From: Amphiscolops sp. MND2022 | Lineage: Eukaryota | DNA length: 64,000 bases | NCBI GenBank assembly: GCA_964187785.1 | Contig: OZ076409.1 | Span: forward strand, 92,816,001 to 92,880,000 | Direction: 5' to 3' | Shown: positions 34,339 through 46,744 of the stretch, piece after piece | How the letters are laid out: every line of letters starts with the position of its first letter | How positions within the stretch are numbered: the stretch's first letter is position 1 | The notes under the pieces: generated by a model | Seen by the model: only the letters and a program-made list of their open reading frames with translations | What the model was told of the DNA's origin: nothing | Database searches by the model: none | Program-made: the position numbers and the translations under genes

Positions 34339-35089
34339 CTCCCCCTGGAATTAGCATGAAACAGCCCACCTTCATTCCTTCCAAGAAAGCTAGTCGTCTC
34401 GCGTTGAATTGCTCGGCAGATTCCCCCCGGACGGCCGTCTTGTGCAGATAATCTATGACCGCCTCGTCCTGAATTTGTTCCACAGATTTTCCACATACGA
34501 GACAATCTGTACACCCTGTAATATACGGTTTGTCTGCTGCGGTCGGTCCACGGAAGTGAATGCCACCTTCGTGTCGTTGGGAACTGCTAGTAGTGGCTTC
34601 TGCGGTTATCCTCCAGTCGCCCGTAGGATATTTATCGATTGCTGGGGGTGACATAGGTGTGTCGACCATTGGGATCAATTGGCTGCACAAGTTAATTGGG
34701 TGGTCATTTCTAAGCCGTGAGTCCCTCGCAATTGGTCCTCTGCCCATTCCCAGATCAAAGTACCCAGCGTCGAACATCGGTCCCGGCACGTATGCAAGCC
34801 TGGGAGTCGTAGCGCGAGTCACTTCTTGCTTTCTTGAAGCTGAGGGGATTTGAATACCTGCTGAAGTTGATGGCAAGTCCAGTTGTCTTTCCACACATTG
34901 GGCCAGGAGGGCCACCTCATCGTCGTCAGACAGACTCTCTAAGTCGTCCACGGACGCACTGCTTGCGCACTCCATCTCGTCGTCGCTAGAGATGTAAATT
35001 ACACCGTCTCCCGGGGCCGCTCCTTGAAAATCTTCAGGATAATACTCAGGGGACTCTGAGTCAAATTGACTTGCTAGGAATTTATTCAT
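34250..35089 (-). CDS. Unknown 279-aa sense ORF of element B overlapping the PPT and U3
   Basis: ATG-started open frame; acidic N-terminus (VIYISSDDE); Cys cluster CTDCLVCGKS; last ~29 codons lie inside the LTR. Confidence 0.7.
   Translation of the reverse strand: MNKFLASQFDSESPEYYPEDFQGAAPGDGVIYISSDDEMECASSASVDDLESLSDDDEVALLAQCVERQLDLPSTSAGIQIPSASRKQEVTRATTPRLAYVPGPMFDAGYFDLGMGRGPIARDSRLRNDHPINLCSQLIPMVDTPMSPPAIDKYPTGDWRITAEATTSSSQRHEGGIHFRGPTAADKPYITGCTDCLVCGKSVEQIQDEAVIDYLHKTAVRGESAEQFNARRLAFLEGMKVGCFMLIPGGVSQASACDGNTYSICHSYKKAEPFTLPLN
34339..34346 (-). promoter_or_regulatory. Polypurine tract (AGGGGGAG) of element B
   Basis: Minus strand ...CCAGGGGGAG|TGTCCCA at the 3' LTR boundary. Confidence 0.78.
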
Positions 35090-36362
35090 TATTGCTTTTT
35101 TGGCAATCTTGGAAGTTATTAGTTTTAAGTTTTGAAGTTTGATAAGCAGCTGAATTTTGAGATTGAAACTGAAACAATGGCGATTTCTTCCTCCGTCGAC
35201 TAGCGGGATTTTCTTTTCGGTTTCCCGGGGTTTTGCCCTTCCCGGCTTACCAAATCCTCAATAACAAAATTCCTTTCCTTCGGAATCTTTCAACTAGCCG
35301 CTCGGTCTTCTTTGAAAATGCCGACTGAGGCTTTGTTGACTTACATCAACTCTATCAACACTTCCATATTAAGAGCGTCGCTTCAAGTGTTTATTAACAC
35401 TCAACAAGCACTTAAAAGTTTCAAGAGGGTGAAGCTATGGCAGACGGCCACTCCGTCCATCAGCGTTTCTGATCAACCAATAGGAATGCAGCAAAATTTC
35501 TCTTGAGTAAAAATGGCTCCCCAAGGTCGTAAATCCATATAAGGAATAATATAAAATGACCTGAAATTAAATAAAATCCTGGTAAAATCATGAAATATTT
35601 TATAAAATGGTAAAGTTTCGAAATAAGATAAATGAAAGAATGTAGATATCGCTGGCAGACTCTATCCACATAATAGTGTAAATTGTAAATATCTTGTAAA
35701 TTTGACACCAAACTGTATAGCCACGAACTCCAACTTTGACATTTTGTCACATTGCCAATTCTCTTTTCAATTCATTATTTTCAAATTCTTCCCAGTTACT
35801 CTTTGTATTATCGTCCAGTATTTAATCATCTTTAGTCTTTTAGTCTTCTAGTCGTATTTACTCCGTATTCATTTGAAGTACTCATTTGTATTTTTTCCGA
35901 TTACGTCTTTTGTGGATTTCTTGGGTCATCCTAGGACAATCGACACTGAGTCCCTTTTCGCTAATTCATCTCCAGTAATCTTTCTTGTCCCTCATCAAAG
36001 AAGAATTTGTCTTCTCCTTACAACTGCTGCTGTATTGTCACCAGTCCAGCTTCGTCATCCTCCTCTACTGATCGCTCAGCTTTCAATTCAGTGACCACCA
36101 GTTTAACTGTCCACAGCACTCCCCTCTCAAGACATCCTTCTTTGCATTCAAACAGGTCAGTAGCTTTTCAGGTTTTGTTTCTATTTTAGTAATGAATTAA
36201 TCTGAGGCTTGATCAGGGCTCTCATTTCATTCACGTACTTCCTGTCCCATAACACAAGTGTTCACTTGAGTTCGAAATATCTACTTACGGAAGATTTTTA
36301 ATGCGGTAATGGACTCTTTCTCAGGAAGTTTTCCGCTTGAGTTTATCTCTTTCTGTTTAGAC

Positions 36363-39300
36363 ATGTCGTCCGAAGAGCGAAATGATATTGTTCCTGCCAC
36401 CGCTACTGCATCCATGGCTGAAGAAGAAGTTGCCATTCCCGAAGAAGCTGGTACCAGTCAGGCCACTTCGATCCCTGTAGACACTGAGTCCACACAACTT
36501 GTGCCGCCAGGAGATAATCCTGATAAGACTGCTCCGACCCCAAGCCCTTCTACGGATGAAAGCATTTCCGCCTACATTGACCGTCAACTGCAGACTTTGG
36601 GTTGCCAGGGCCTTGGTCTTGACATCTCCTTCTTGCCCCCTACTAGCACTGCTATTGTAGATAAGGCTGTCCATCCAGCTATTGAGAAAGCCTCCGAGTC
36701 GGACCCCATCCCTCAGGTAGTGGGAGAAGCCTCCAATCAGGAGTCGAGTGAAGTCGATGTCGACCCTGCGGCTGACATCCAAAGTGAAACTGGCTTTTCT
36801 GTCGCTAAGGCAGATTATTTCCAAACTGACACAAGTGACATCGAAGAGTTGCTTGACAGTTCTGGCGCAGAGACCCTTAAAGAATCCCCTTTCCTGATTA
36901 ACATGGAGAATTTGAGCGTTGTGGAGTCTGAAGTCCCCAAGGAGGCTGGACCGTCGACTTCAGCTGGGTTGCCTGATGCTCCGTCCCCGAAGCTTCTTAG
37001 CCCTACTAGGCCTTTGTCTGCTTCTGCTCGGACCCTCATCAATCAACATTTCAGCGAAACGAATCCGAGTATCCTTCCAGTCGGGCATGCCACAGTGGCC
37101 TTTAATCAGGGCCAAGTACATTCTATTCTGCGCGCTGTGTCCTCTGAGACCATTACTTCATCCCTTCATCAGATGAAGAACATCTTGGAAGAAGCCATCC
37201 GAGTAGGAATCAGGTCACAGAATGTTAAACAGAGTCCTAATCGGCAACGAGTCAAGTGCTTCCGCAAGAAGTCAGACAGTCCTGGATTAGATGGACTGGA
37301 TAGTGACGCTGGTACCGAAGGGTACACAAGTGGAGCCCTCAGTTCTGAGGATGAGTTCGTGGTGAATTCTCGAAGAACCGGAAGAGAACTCAACATTGCC
37401 CCTCCTTCTAGTCCTCCTGCTCAAGATTCCCTCAGTGTAAGTGGGCCGTCAACCAGCCAGCAAGTTCCTAGTCCTGGGTTCTGCTCCACGGACTATGAGC
37501 CATTAGCTACCTTGACAGGGGATCAAGCTTCTGCCGTTAGTCCTCCCCGCAAGCGCCGCCGAGTTCCTGCCCGAAGTGGCAAAATAATGAAGGAGGCCTA
37601 TTTCAAGGGAATACAGTGGACTCGGACTTTTGTTACTGGACCGTTGGACCCTGAGCATAATAAACACAAGTTTTATTGCCAGATATGCAAGACCAACGTG
37701 TCCATGTTCTCCAAAGGCGCCCGAGAGATTGTGCGGCATTTCCAGTGCGAGGCCCATTTCCGCAAGGACCAGCGCTGGAGATACGAAAACCTGAAGAAGA
37801 AGGACGCAGTGACTGGTCGAATTGTCCATGAAGTCAGAGGGAAGAAAGGACAAGTGCTGACCCCTCTTGAGCTAGAGCGTGAGAAACCCTTTTTCATGCA
37901 GGTTCCCCTAGTCGAGATGGGATGTAGTTATCCGTTCTACGAGGACCACATGGCCGGGCTAGGATCTGTTGCTGGGCAGGAGGAAATCAGACTGTGCGTC
38001 CAAATCTCCATGGTAGCCCTCTTCGCTCCCCGATGCGGAGACCTCCATGTCCTCGAGCTGCTGTGGGCGCAGATTGGCACCGTGACCAATCACCAGAACC
38101 TGTTCTCCCCCTACGATTGGGGTTCTACCACGCTGACTGTAAGTATCATCCATTTTAAGCCTCAAGGTCCTTCAGGCTATTATAGCCTGAGCATATTTTC
38201 ATCCCTGTTGGTTCATTTTAGACGATCTTCCATCACATTTTCCTCTGCGGTATCGCGGACATTGCGTACCACGTCAGCGTCACTGGACAGTACTCCTTGG
38301 AGTTTGAGACACGAGGCACCTATAGTTTCGTGTCAATCCGATTCTGGAAGGGCGACTGTCTCAACGTTGTCCGACTACTGCGTTATCGCACAGCCTCGGA
38401 ACCTGCTGCAGGCTTCCTGCTTGCTCTTTCTCGCCTCTTGTCCGTGTTGTCCGCTCAGCCTCAAATCGTGAGTGTGTCTGGGTGTCCCGCAGAATTGATC
38501 CCTCTGCTTGAGCGTTCTCAATTCTTCCAGAAGGGAATAGAGTACCCCTTCCGATTCGATGCACTGAGTCTGCCCAGCATGATGCACGAGCGATGGGGCA
38601 GCGTGTTTGGGGCCATTAGCTTCTTCTCGCAGCTGAAGTTTCTGGTCACCTTTCTAGACGGTTGCAGCGGACAACCCTGGGCTGCACTGATGCCTGAATT
38701 CGTCAAGGTAAGGACAACGTCACATCGACTGTAGGTCCAACCATAGGTCGATTTTAATTTTGATATTGTCTATAGGCTATGTCGACCTGCCATCCGGAGA
38801 TTTCTGCCGTGCCCGCCATATGCTCCGAACTGATCGCGAACTGGAAGGCCATCCACCAGTATCTCACCAAGATTGCTCCCCCACAAGTGCACCAGGGTGT
38901 CAAACACAAACCCCAGAGTTTGGAATGGGAGATCATCGGTGATGATTTCTTCATCATCAAACTGGAATTCTTCGCGCGGATCGTTCGTGATTGTTAGTAT
39001 CTACCTCTTTTGTCTTGTAACATGGACACAGAGTCCTATTTTTGTTTGCTTTTACAAGAAACCTGACCAAAATGTAGTAGACTGCCAACTTTAGGTCCGT
39101 AGCTGTAGAATGAGCCAATTAGGGTAATCATATATATTTTGTATTCCAGACACCAAGAGCTTCGAGAGCCAGTTTGCCCAGCGAAAGGACAGTGGATTCT
39201 ACACCTTCCGGGAATTCCACACCTTCATCCGCAAGTTAGCTGCGCGTGCCCTGCTTCCCAAGCATGTTCCAGAGATTTTGGACTGGAAGGCCCTGGATGA

Positions 39301-40300
39301 CATGCAGGGACAAAATTGGAAGCAGTTGTCAAACCGCGATTTCCTGAGTCGGCTGAAGCTGAAAGAGAATCTCGATGCCTGTTGTCTTGCGCGAGTAAAG
39401 AGAATTTACAGCGAAAAGCAGTTGACTCCAGAAGAGACAGAAGCCGCAGTTGAAGCCACCCGGGACGAGTTCGCCACCAAGGCCCGAAGCTACCTCGTCT
39501 ACCTGCTGAAAGTCTTTTTGGCCGATATTAGCCTCAATGCTGGTATCACCAGGGGTCTAGCCAGTTTCGACCCGGTAGCCCTCCTGAACTTGCCTCTTGA
39601 GCAGGCCACATATTGCTTTTCCGCGCTCCACCGTTCCTTCAGCCTGCGAGGGTGGTTGGAGAATTCCTCAGAGGCCGACATCCGCGACGAGTACGTCGAA
39701 TTTCTAGAGTACTTTCGGGAAGTCAACTCTGGAGCTAAGAACACCCCAGAGGTCTTCACAGACATGGTTGTGACCTTGATGGGAATGCCAGAGCTGAAGA
39801 TGCGCAAACATGTATTCCACATCTTCCAGCTGAGCTGTTTGTGCCTCACATCCAAATCGCCAGAGCTCCCAGCCGTCAAGTTTTCTGGGGTCGATTGTAG
39901 TGAACCCCGCAGTCGGCTGTTCGACGTAATCATGCCCGCCCAGTCTTATCTCGCCAACGTTTCGAGCGCAGTAGCTGCTTGCACTACTGAAGCTTCCCTG
40001 GGTACATTCAAAGATCTGGAGTTGCGGTTCAGCAGCGGCAATGTCCCCGGAGATCCTTGGACTCACGTTGACAGCTTTGGCAGGGCTAATTTTCACAAGA
40101 CTCTGGTCGCTGTATATAAAGCTCTGTGTAAAGGTGTCCGGCCCGACCCTGAGTGCGTCTCAAGTTCCTCATCGAAAGAAGGAGGTAAATCCCGCAAGCA
40201 GTCCCCCGAGAAGAGTAGAAAGGTTTGCTTCAAGCCCACGAGTGGATCAGACGCCAATCAGTCCTCCAATATAAACGCTCCTGGAACTTCTAAATCTTAA
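36363..40300 (+). CDS. Antisense cargo gene of element B, 4 coding exons; ~1209-aa protein with disordered N-terminus, NLS-like motif, C2H2 zinc finger and hAT-transposase-like body
   Basis: Exons 36363-38138, 38222-38707, 38776-38992, 39150-40300; GT-AG introns of phase 0, 0, 1; 3630 nt open. Likely 5' UTR intron 36156-36360. PPRKRRR; CQICKTNVSMFSKGAREIVRHFQCEAH; AATAAA at 40476. Confidence 0.88.
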
Positions 40301-40533
40301 ATGTACAAAGAGTACATTTGTTTCTAGACTTTGTAGTTTCTGTAAACTGTTTTGTATAATTTCTTCTTTGTTGCTTGTTTGCGTGGCTTTGTATTATTCG
40401 CCACTGAGTCTCTCTTTTTGTATATAATCGTTCCAGTAATCGGTAAAAAATCAGTCAGAGTAGTCCCAAGTAAAAAATAAAAGTCCTCAAGGGCTAGAAG
40501 TAAAGGGAGGGGACTAGTAATTTAATTTTCTGA

Positions 40534-43500
40534 CTAGTATCTGTATTCATCAGTAAAGTTGGGGGTAGGGTTAGGTCGAAGATTGTATTTCCCTCCTCTA
40601 GGGCTCGAATTTTCATTTGAATTTCCATTTTCTGATATTCCGGGCACGGTAATATCTGCGCCTGTATTTGAAACGTTTTCACTGTCTTTTAAATCATTAG
40701 TGACGTCACTTTCATTCTCAATCCGATTAAATTCATCACCGCTATTGTTCTCTCGCGGTCTCATTTGCTTCTCGGTGACGTCATTTCTTGTCGTGCGCTC
40801 GCTGCAGCTTTCATTGCTAGCGCTTTCCTCGTCGGTAACGTCATTGTCCGTATTAGTGGACTCGGCGTCCGTCGGCCGGCGTGTGGCCACGTCTGTCCAA
40901 TTTTCCTTCCTCGGTTCAAATAAGTCGTACTCAAAGTCTACTTCTCATGAGATAGTGTACAAATCGTCTTGCGGGATTACTATCTCATTGTCGGGTTGTA
41001 ATTTTTCTCCATCGTATTTGTCCTCTAAAGGGGCATTCGGGACGAATTTCCTTAGTCTAATGCGATGAAGTATTTGAGTTTTGTTTGTGTTTAGGCGACG
41101 GACAATATAATTGTCGTTGGACAATACTTTCTGTATGACGAACGGGCCAATCCATCTGTATTCCCTGAAAGGAATTTTTGATGCCTGACTGTCCGCTTTA
41201 GGCTGTAGAACAAAACAGTAGTCCTTTTCTTTAGGCGGGGCAGCCTTTGCCTTTCGGTCGTAATAGTCCTTATATTTCAAATAAGACTGCATTATGTTCT
41301 TTTTTGTTTGATCTATGAGGATTTGTGTCCTCTGCTGTACTTCCTCCGCAAATTCTGTAGTTGGCAGAAAATTTTTATTGGGGTTATTTCCCAATTTGTG
41401 GTCTAGGACGTTATAGGGAATCCGGCCGTGGAAGACTTTACTCGGTTCACATCCAATACTAGAGTGGTATGTGGTATTGTAGTTGAGTACTGCTAATGGT
41501 AAATATTTATGCCATTGGCGTCGATATTCCCCTGAGGCCATTTTCAAATTTGTTTTGAGTGAGGCATGGGTGCTTTCGAGTTTGCCAATTGTTTGCGGGT
41601 GCTTTGTAGTAGCGCATTTGAGTGTTATACACAAAATTTGAGTTATCTCAGCTATGATGGTCGATGTAAATGCGGACCCTTTGTCTGTGATGAGAGTTGT
41701 TGGTAAATATGAATGTTTCGTCATGATATCAATTATCACCTTGGCTACATTCGTGGCTGTTGCCTCAATTAGCGGGTAGGCGAATAAGTATCTTGAGAAT
41801 ACCTCTATTGCCGTCATCACCGTCTGGTATCCGCCACTAGTCGGTAAGTTTGGTAATAAGTCTATCTGCATGGCATCTTCTGGACCAAGGTCCCATTCGG
41901 GCAAGTTTAACAATTCTGGTGTAATTGTATTATTTGGGACTCTTTTGTCTCTAGCGCACGTTTCGCATCCTTCTACCCATTTTTTAACGTGTTTTGCTAT
42001 GCCAGGGTAGTAGTATTATTGGCGGATCTCTTGCAGCATTTTAGAGATGCCTGGATGTCGATGTGCCGTGTCATGTATTGCTTGCAGTAGTTCTTTCAAC
42101 AGGTGCTTTGGCAGTAAGAATTGGTGGTATTTGATTTGTCCCGTTTCGTCGTAATACTGTCGGGTCACTATTTCGTCCTTGAGGACTATACGGTCTAAGT
42201 TATTTAAATAATGTTTATACCGAATGTCCTGCTGAAGGATTTCTTCAGAGTATTCTTCATTTTGAATTTTTGCTTTTAAATGAAGCAAAATCGGATCTTT
42301 GGATTGTTCTAGTAGTATTTGGTTGGTTCTGCGTAGTTTCTGAGTGAAATTGGTAATTTCATCTACTACATTTTCAGATATGGTATCGATTCGGATGACG
42401 GTCTCATCGACCTTGAGTCCTGCTTTTGATTGTTTTTTCCTTTCCCAAATTTGTTCTTCTGTTTCATTGTCTTCTTCTGTAAAGAACACTTGTTCTTCTT
42501 CAGACACGCCGGCTGATTGGACATTAACTTCAATAGGTTGGGTTTCAACGTCCGCTCGGATTTTTAGGACTAACTTTTCAGTGGGGTCCATTTCAATGCG
42601 GGACAGGTAGTCCGCCGCTGTGTTGTTTTTGCCTGGAATGTGCGCTATAGTGAAATTGAACTGAATAACAAAGTCACACGCGTTCCATAATGGCGGCGGT
42701 ATTATTTTAGTCTGGAAGAACCTTGTGACCGATTTGTTGTCTGTGAGGATAATCACCGGCTTAGGTGTGCCCCAGAATATATGTCCAAATTCTTTGAAGG
42801 CGTAATAGATGGCTAAAAATTCCTTCGCATAAATTGACATTTTAAGCTGTGAAGGAGTAAAAGTTTTTGAACCATATGCAATAGGCGCATAGGATTTCTT
42901 GGTTGAGGTAAATTTCTGATTTGGATCATCTTCAGTAAGTATAGCATATCCGGCTGCTGTGAAGCTAGCATCTGTCATCAGGACTAGCTGTCGATTTGGC
43001 AAGGGCTGCCTCAGGGCTAGCTGGGTGCATCTGTCCAAATCTCTATTGATCTCGTTGAATTTTTCAATCAATTCCGTTGTGACTAAGACCTTTTCGTCCT
43101 TCTTTAATAGTTGAAAGAAAGGGACTAATTTTTCTGATAACCTCGGTATGTAGTTTCTATAATAATTAAGGAATCCGAGGTAACGTTGTAGAGCTTTTTT
43201 GGATTTTGGGAATTTCGTTTTTTCTAGGAATTGTATGACTCGTTCCTTCTGGGGCTTGACACCCTCAGGGGTGATTGTCCTTCCTAAGAAATCAATCTCA
43301 GTTGCTCCGAAGTGGCATTTATGCATCGTTAATTTCAATCCAGCTTCTCGGATGCATTCGAAAGTTGCTCTGAGATTTTTAATGAGATGCTCAGCGTCGT
43401 TGGCCGCGATGCCAATATCATCCACGTATTGGGCACATTGATCGGCTTTGATGACACGGTCCAAATATTCTCTCATAAAACTGGAGAATGCCGATAAGGC

Positions 43501-45608
43501 TCTACTGAGACCTTGGGCCAATCTTCGATATGCAAACGTTCGGCTGGCAAAGTTGAAGGCCAACATCTCTATAGACCGTTGGTCCGCCATTTGAAGGCAA
43601 TGGTACGCTTGCGAACAGTCAAGCTTACAGAAAAGTTTCTTTCCGGCCATATGTTGTGCAGCGTCCGTTAAGGTGCTGACTGGATGGTTGTTGTTGTTGA
43701 TATAGTCATCAGAAATGAGATTGTTGATCTTCCGGAGGTCTACCAGTAGTCGCAGTTTCCCATTAGGCTTCTTTTGTGCAAAGATAGGGCTAGCGTACTT
43801 TGAGAATGGTAATGTTGTTATAATACCATATTTGTGTAGTGACGCTAATTCGACCAATATGTCCTCTTTTAAATTGACCGGAGTTGGTAAGCTCTGGCTG
43901 TAGGCAGGAGAGTCGTCCTTCGGGGTCAATTTGACCGTGAACTCCTCATTCATACCAATGTCAAACCTATGACGGGCAAATATGTCGTGAAATTCGACTA
44001 ATAGCGCTTCTATCTGTTTGATTTCATGCTGTTGTAGCATTGAGTCCTTCCAGTCAAAGTTACTGAGGAATTTTTGTCGAGATTCTTCATTGTCTTGTGG
44101 ATTTAGTTTTTCTGCTTCTTGCAGGTTTCGTAATTCTCTAAGAATTCTCTTTTGTATTGGAGTATGGGACTCTTCGTCCCCTGGGTTTTCGGGTGTTGGA
44201 AACCAGTATTGTTCGTATTGGTCATTGTTCCTGTTGGCTTTGAGAAGGCTGCTGATATAATAAATAGCATCTTCTTCATTTTCATTGAGTAGGTGCCAAG
44301 TGGACACTGGGTCTATTGGCCTAACATGTTTCATTTGCTCTGGAGTCATCACTGAGAAATTCGCTATGTGCATCCCTTTTTTGAGTTTAAAGGGCTGGTC
44401 TGTGAAGTTGTTGACATGGATCCTCGTAGTCCCTTCGTCCAGTGTGACTATGGCGGCACAAAATGTTATATCATTTTCTTCGTTTAGAAGGTCACTGGGT
44501 TGTAAGATTCCAGTGACAGCGTTTTCTGCATAAATTTGAGATTGGATAGGGATGATTGTACGTCCATTTGGCGGAATCGTTATATCCTCGGGGTTGAGGA
44601 TAGGTTCCATTACATTGGAGTACTTATGGTCAGCTGTTTTCAATTGCATCGAGAAGAAGGGAAAGTTAAGTATGCCTTGGCGCATATCTAGGACTGTGTG
44701 GTTTCTTTGTAAGAACATAAGTCCAATTATGGGGCTGGATAATTTTTCCATCACTATGAAGATTTCGTGGAACTCTATGTCCCCTACTTCGAACTTCAGT
44801 TCTACTGTACTCTTCGGAGTTTCCAGGTCTCCATTTGCGACCATAATTTGGAATGACGGGGCAGGACCCTCTTTCACTATTGATTGGGGTGCAAGTAGCC
44901 GTATTTTCCTAAGGTCAGCTTCTGGTATCGCGCTGGAGTGGGCCCCAGTGTCTATGAGACCATCTAATGTTAGTTCTCCAAAGTCCATTGGGAAATATAG
45001 CATCCGCCTTTTGATTTTGAGGCCAAGGTTGGTGGAGAGGGGAACGTATGACGGTTCTCCTTGTTTTTCCACTAGGATGTGCAAGAAGGCTGTTTCGTCT
45101 AAAAGGCTGTCGGGGCCTTGAAAGTCTTCTTGCTCTTGAGTTTCCTCTATTTCTTCTAACAGTGCTTCGGAATTTGGCTGCCAAAGTTCAATGAGGGCCC
45201 TGGATAGTTTGTTGTCCACTATCGGGGGATCGTCCTCGTCGTCCGTTGGTGGATATTCGTCTTGTCTAAACTGGAGTTTTTGTCTGTCGTAGAGTTCGTC
45301 GTCCCAATACGGGTCTTTGCCGTAATCAGGATCGGGGTATTGAGGGTGATAATCTTCGATCAAGGGTAAGGGACGGAATTGAGTCTCGAAGTCTTTAGTG
45401 TAGTCGATTTCGTAAAATCGGTCTGGGCGATCATTATGTACTATTTTATAAGTTCGAATACAGGCTTTTTCCATTTGTTGCTGCCAGACAACAGTGGGAA
45501 TTCCTTTTGTATCCTTGATTGTTTGGCTGTATTTGATTATTGGAGGATCTGAAATGACATATTGTCGAACCGACATATAGTCATGTATTTGGAGTCGTGG
45601 CAAAATTA
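40534..45608 (-). pseudogene. pol: Pol of element B with two in-frame nonsense codons
   Basis: LIDTGA, QYVDD, MTDAS, integrase QIDLL/TDKGS, IGPF. Stops at 42016-42018 (TAA) and 40945-40947 (TGA); the three ORF pieces are in one frame. Confidence 0.93.
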
Positions 45609-45615
45609 GTTTTTT
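45609..45615 (-). promoter_or_regulatory. -1 frameshift heptamer A AAA AAC (element B)
   Basis: TCA AAA AAC TAA ends gag; the -1 frame AAA AAA CTA ATT TTG CCA enters pol. Confidence 0.88.
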
Positions 45616-46728
45616 GAATCAGATTTTTTAGTATTGGGTTGGCTTGAAGTAGCCGTTTCTGGGTCATTTGCTTTTTTAGGCTTTCCTTCGGAGTCTATAG
45701 CATTTCGGTCATTTTGTTCTGTCTGCATCCTTTTGGGTCGCAGGTGGGCGCCAGCGCCTTGCCAGCACCTTTCGGTTGGGTGGTTCTTTTTGCCACGTGT
45801 GTCACACGGTGGGTAAGTTGGACGCTGAGGTTTTTTACCGTCTTTGTCCTCCGTTTCCTTTTTCTTCTTGAGTTTCGGGCAGTTTTTGTAATAGTGACCC
45901 GTCGCCTTGCAGTATGAGCATTGGGCGTCTTTATTTGTGTTGATGCCATTGGACAGTAAATTGTTATGGCTCGTGGACGCCGAGGCCATAGTGGCCATTG
46001 GCAGATCATCTGACTCTTCTAATGCATTGAGTTCCAGTTCTCTTTCAAGATGAGCGACTATTTCTTCATACGTGCCGTTCTCCAGACGGGCCAAGTTGAC
46101 AGATCGTTTCAGTTTTGGGGGTAATTTCGCGTATAACAAGCTGTCAATCATGCTTTTAGCGTTTTCCCCAAATGCTTTTTCTGCACCTTGGTTCAGTTCT
46201 TCCAAGAAGTCTGGTAGTTTCATTGTACTTGGATCGAAGGTCAATCGGTGCCATTTATGCTTTGCCGTTGCTTGTGATTCCGGTTTGACATATTTCCTCC
46301 GGAATATGACCAGTACGTCCTCGAGAGTTTGACGGTTGATTGAGTTTATGTTCCTGAATGTCTGTAATGCTCCCTTTCGTAGCAAAGAATGAAAGTGATT
46401 AATTTTCATTTGTTCTGTCATTGTGGGCTGCATTTTGATCATCGTATGGAACAAGTCCTCAAAGAGCTCAAATTTTTCACTTTTCCCATCAAATGTCATC
46501 GGGGTTGTTTGTACGGGTCTGATGGTCATAGATTGCGGTTTGTTTTACAAATTGACCAGTACGTCGGCTAGTCTATTAAACGGGTCCTGAGGAGGTTCAG
46601 GAGCCTCTGGGGCCGGGGCTGGCAGAGTCGTGTCCAGAGAGATATTGTGTGTGGATTGTTGTCTCTCTAGGTTCGGGATTGAGTGGATTCGTCCGGTCAG
46701 AAATTCGGGAATTTGCGGTTGGGTGTCG

Positions 46729-46744
46729 GTAGCTCCTGTCACCA
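46729..46744 (-). promoter_or_regulatory. Primer-binding site of element B (TGGTGACAGGAGCTAC)
   Basis: Directly follows the LTR CA; identical to element A. Confidence 0.85.

Noticed and set aside
36309..38471. 720-aa ORF as a complete protein
   Set aside because: Both ends read through predicted introns; the spliced model explains the neighbouring ORFs and matches element A.
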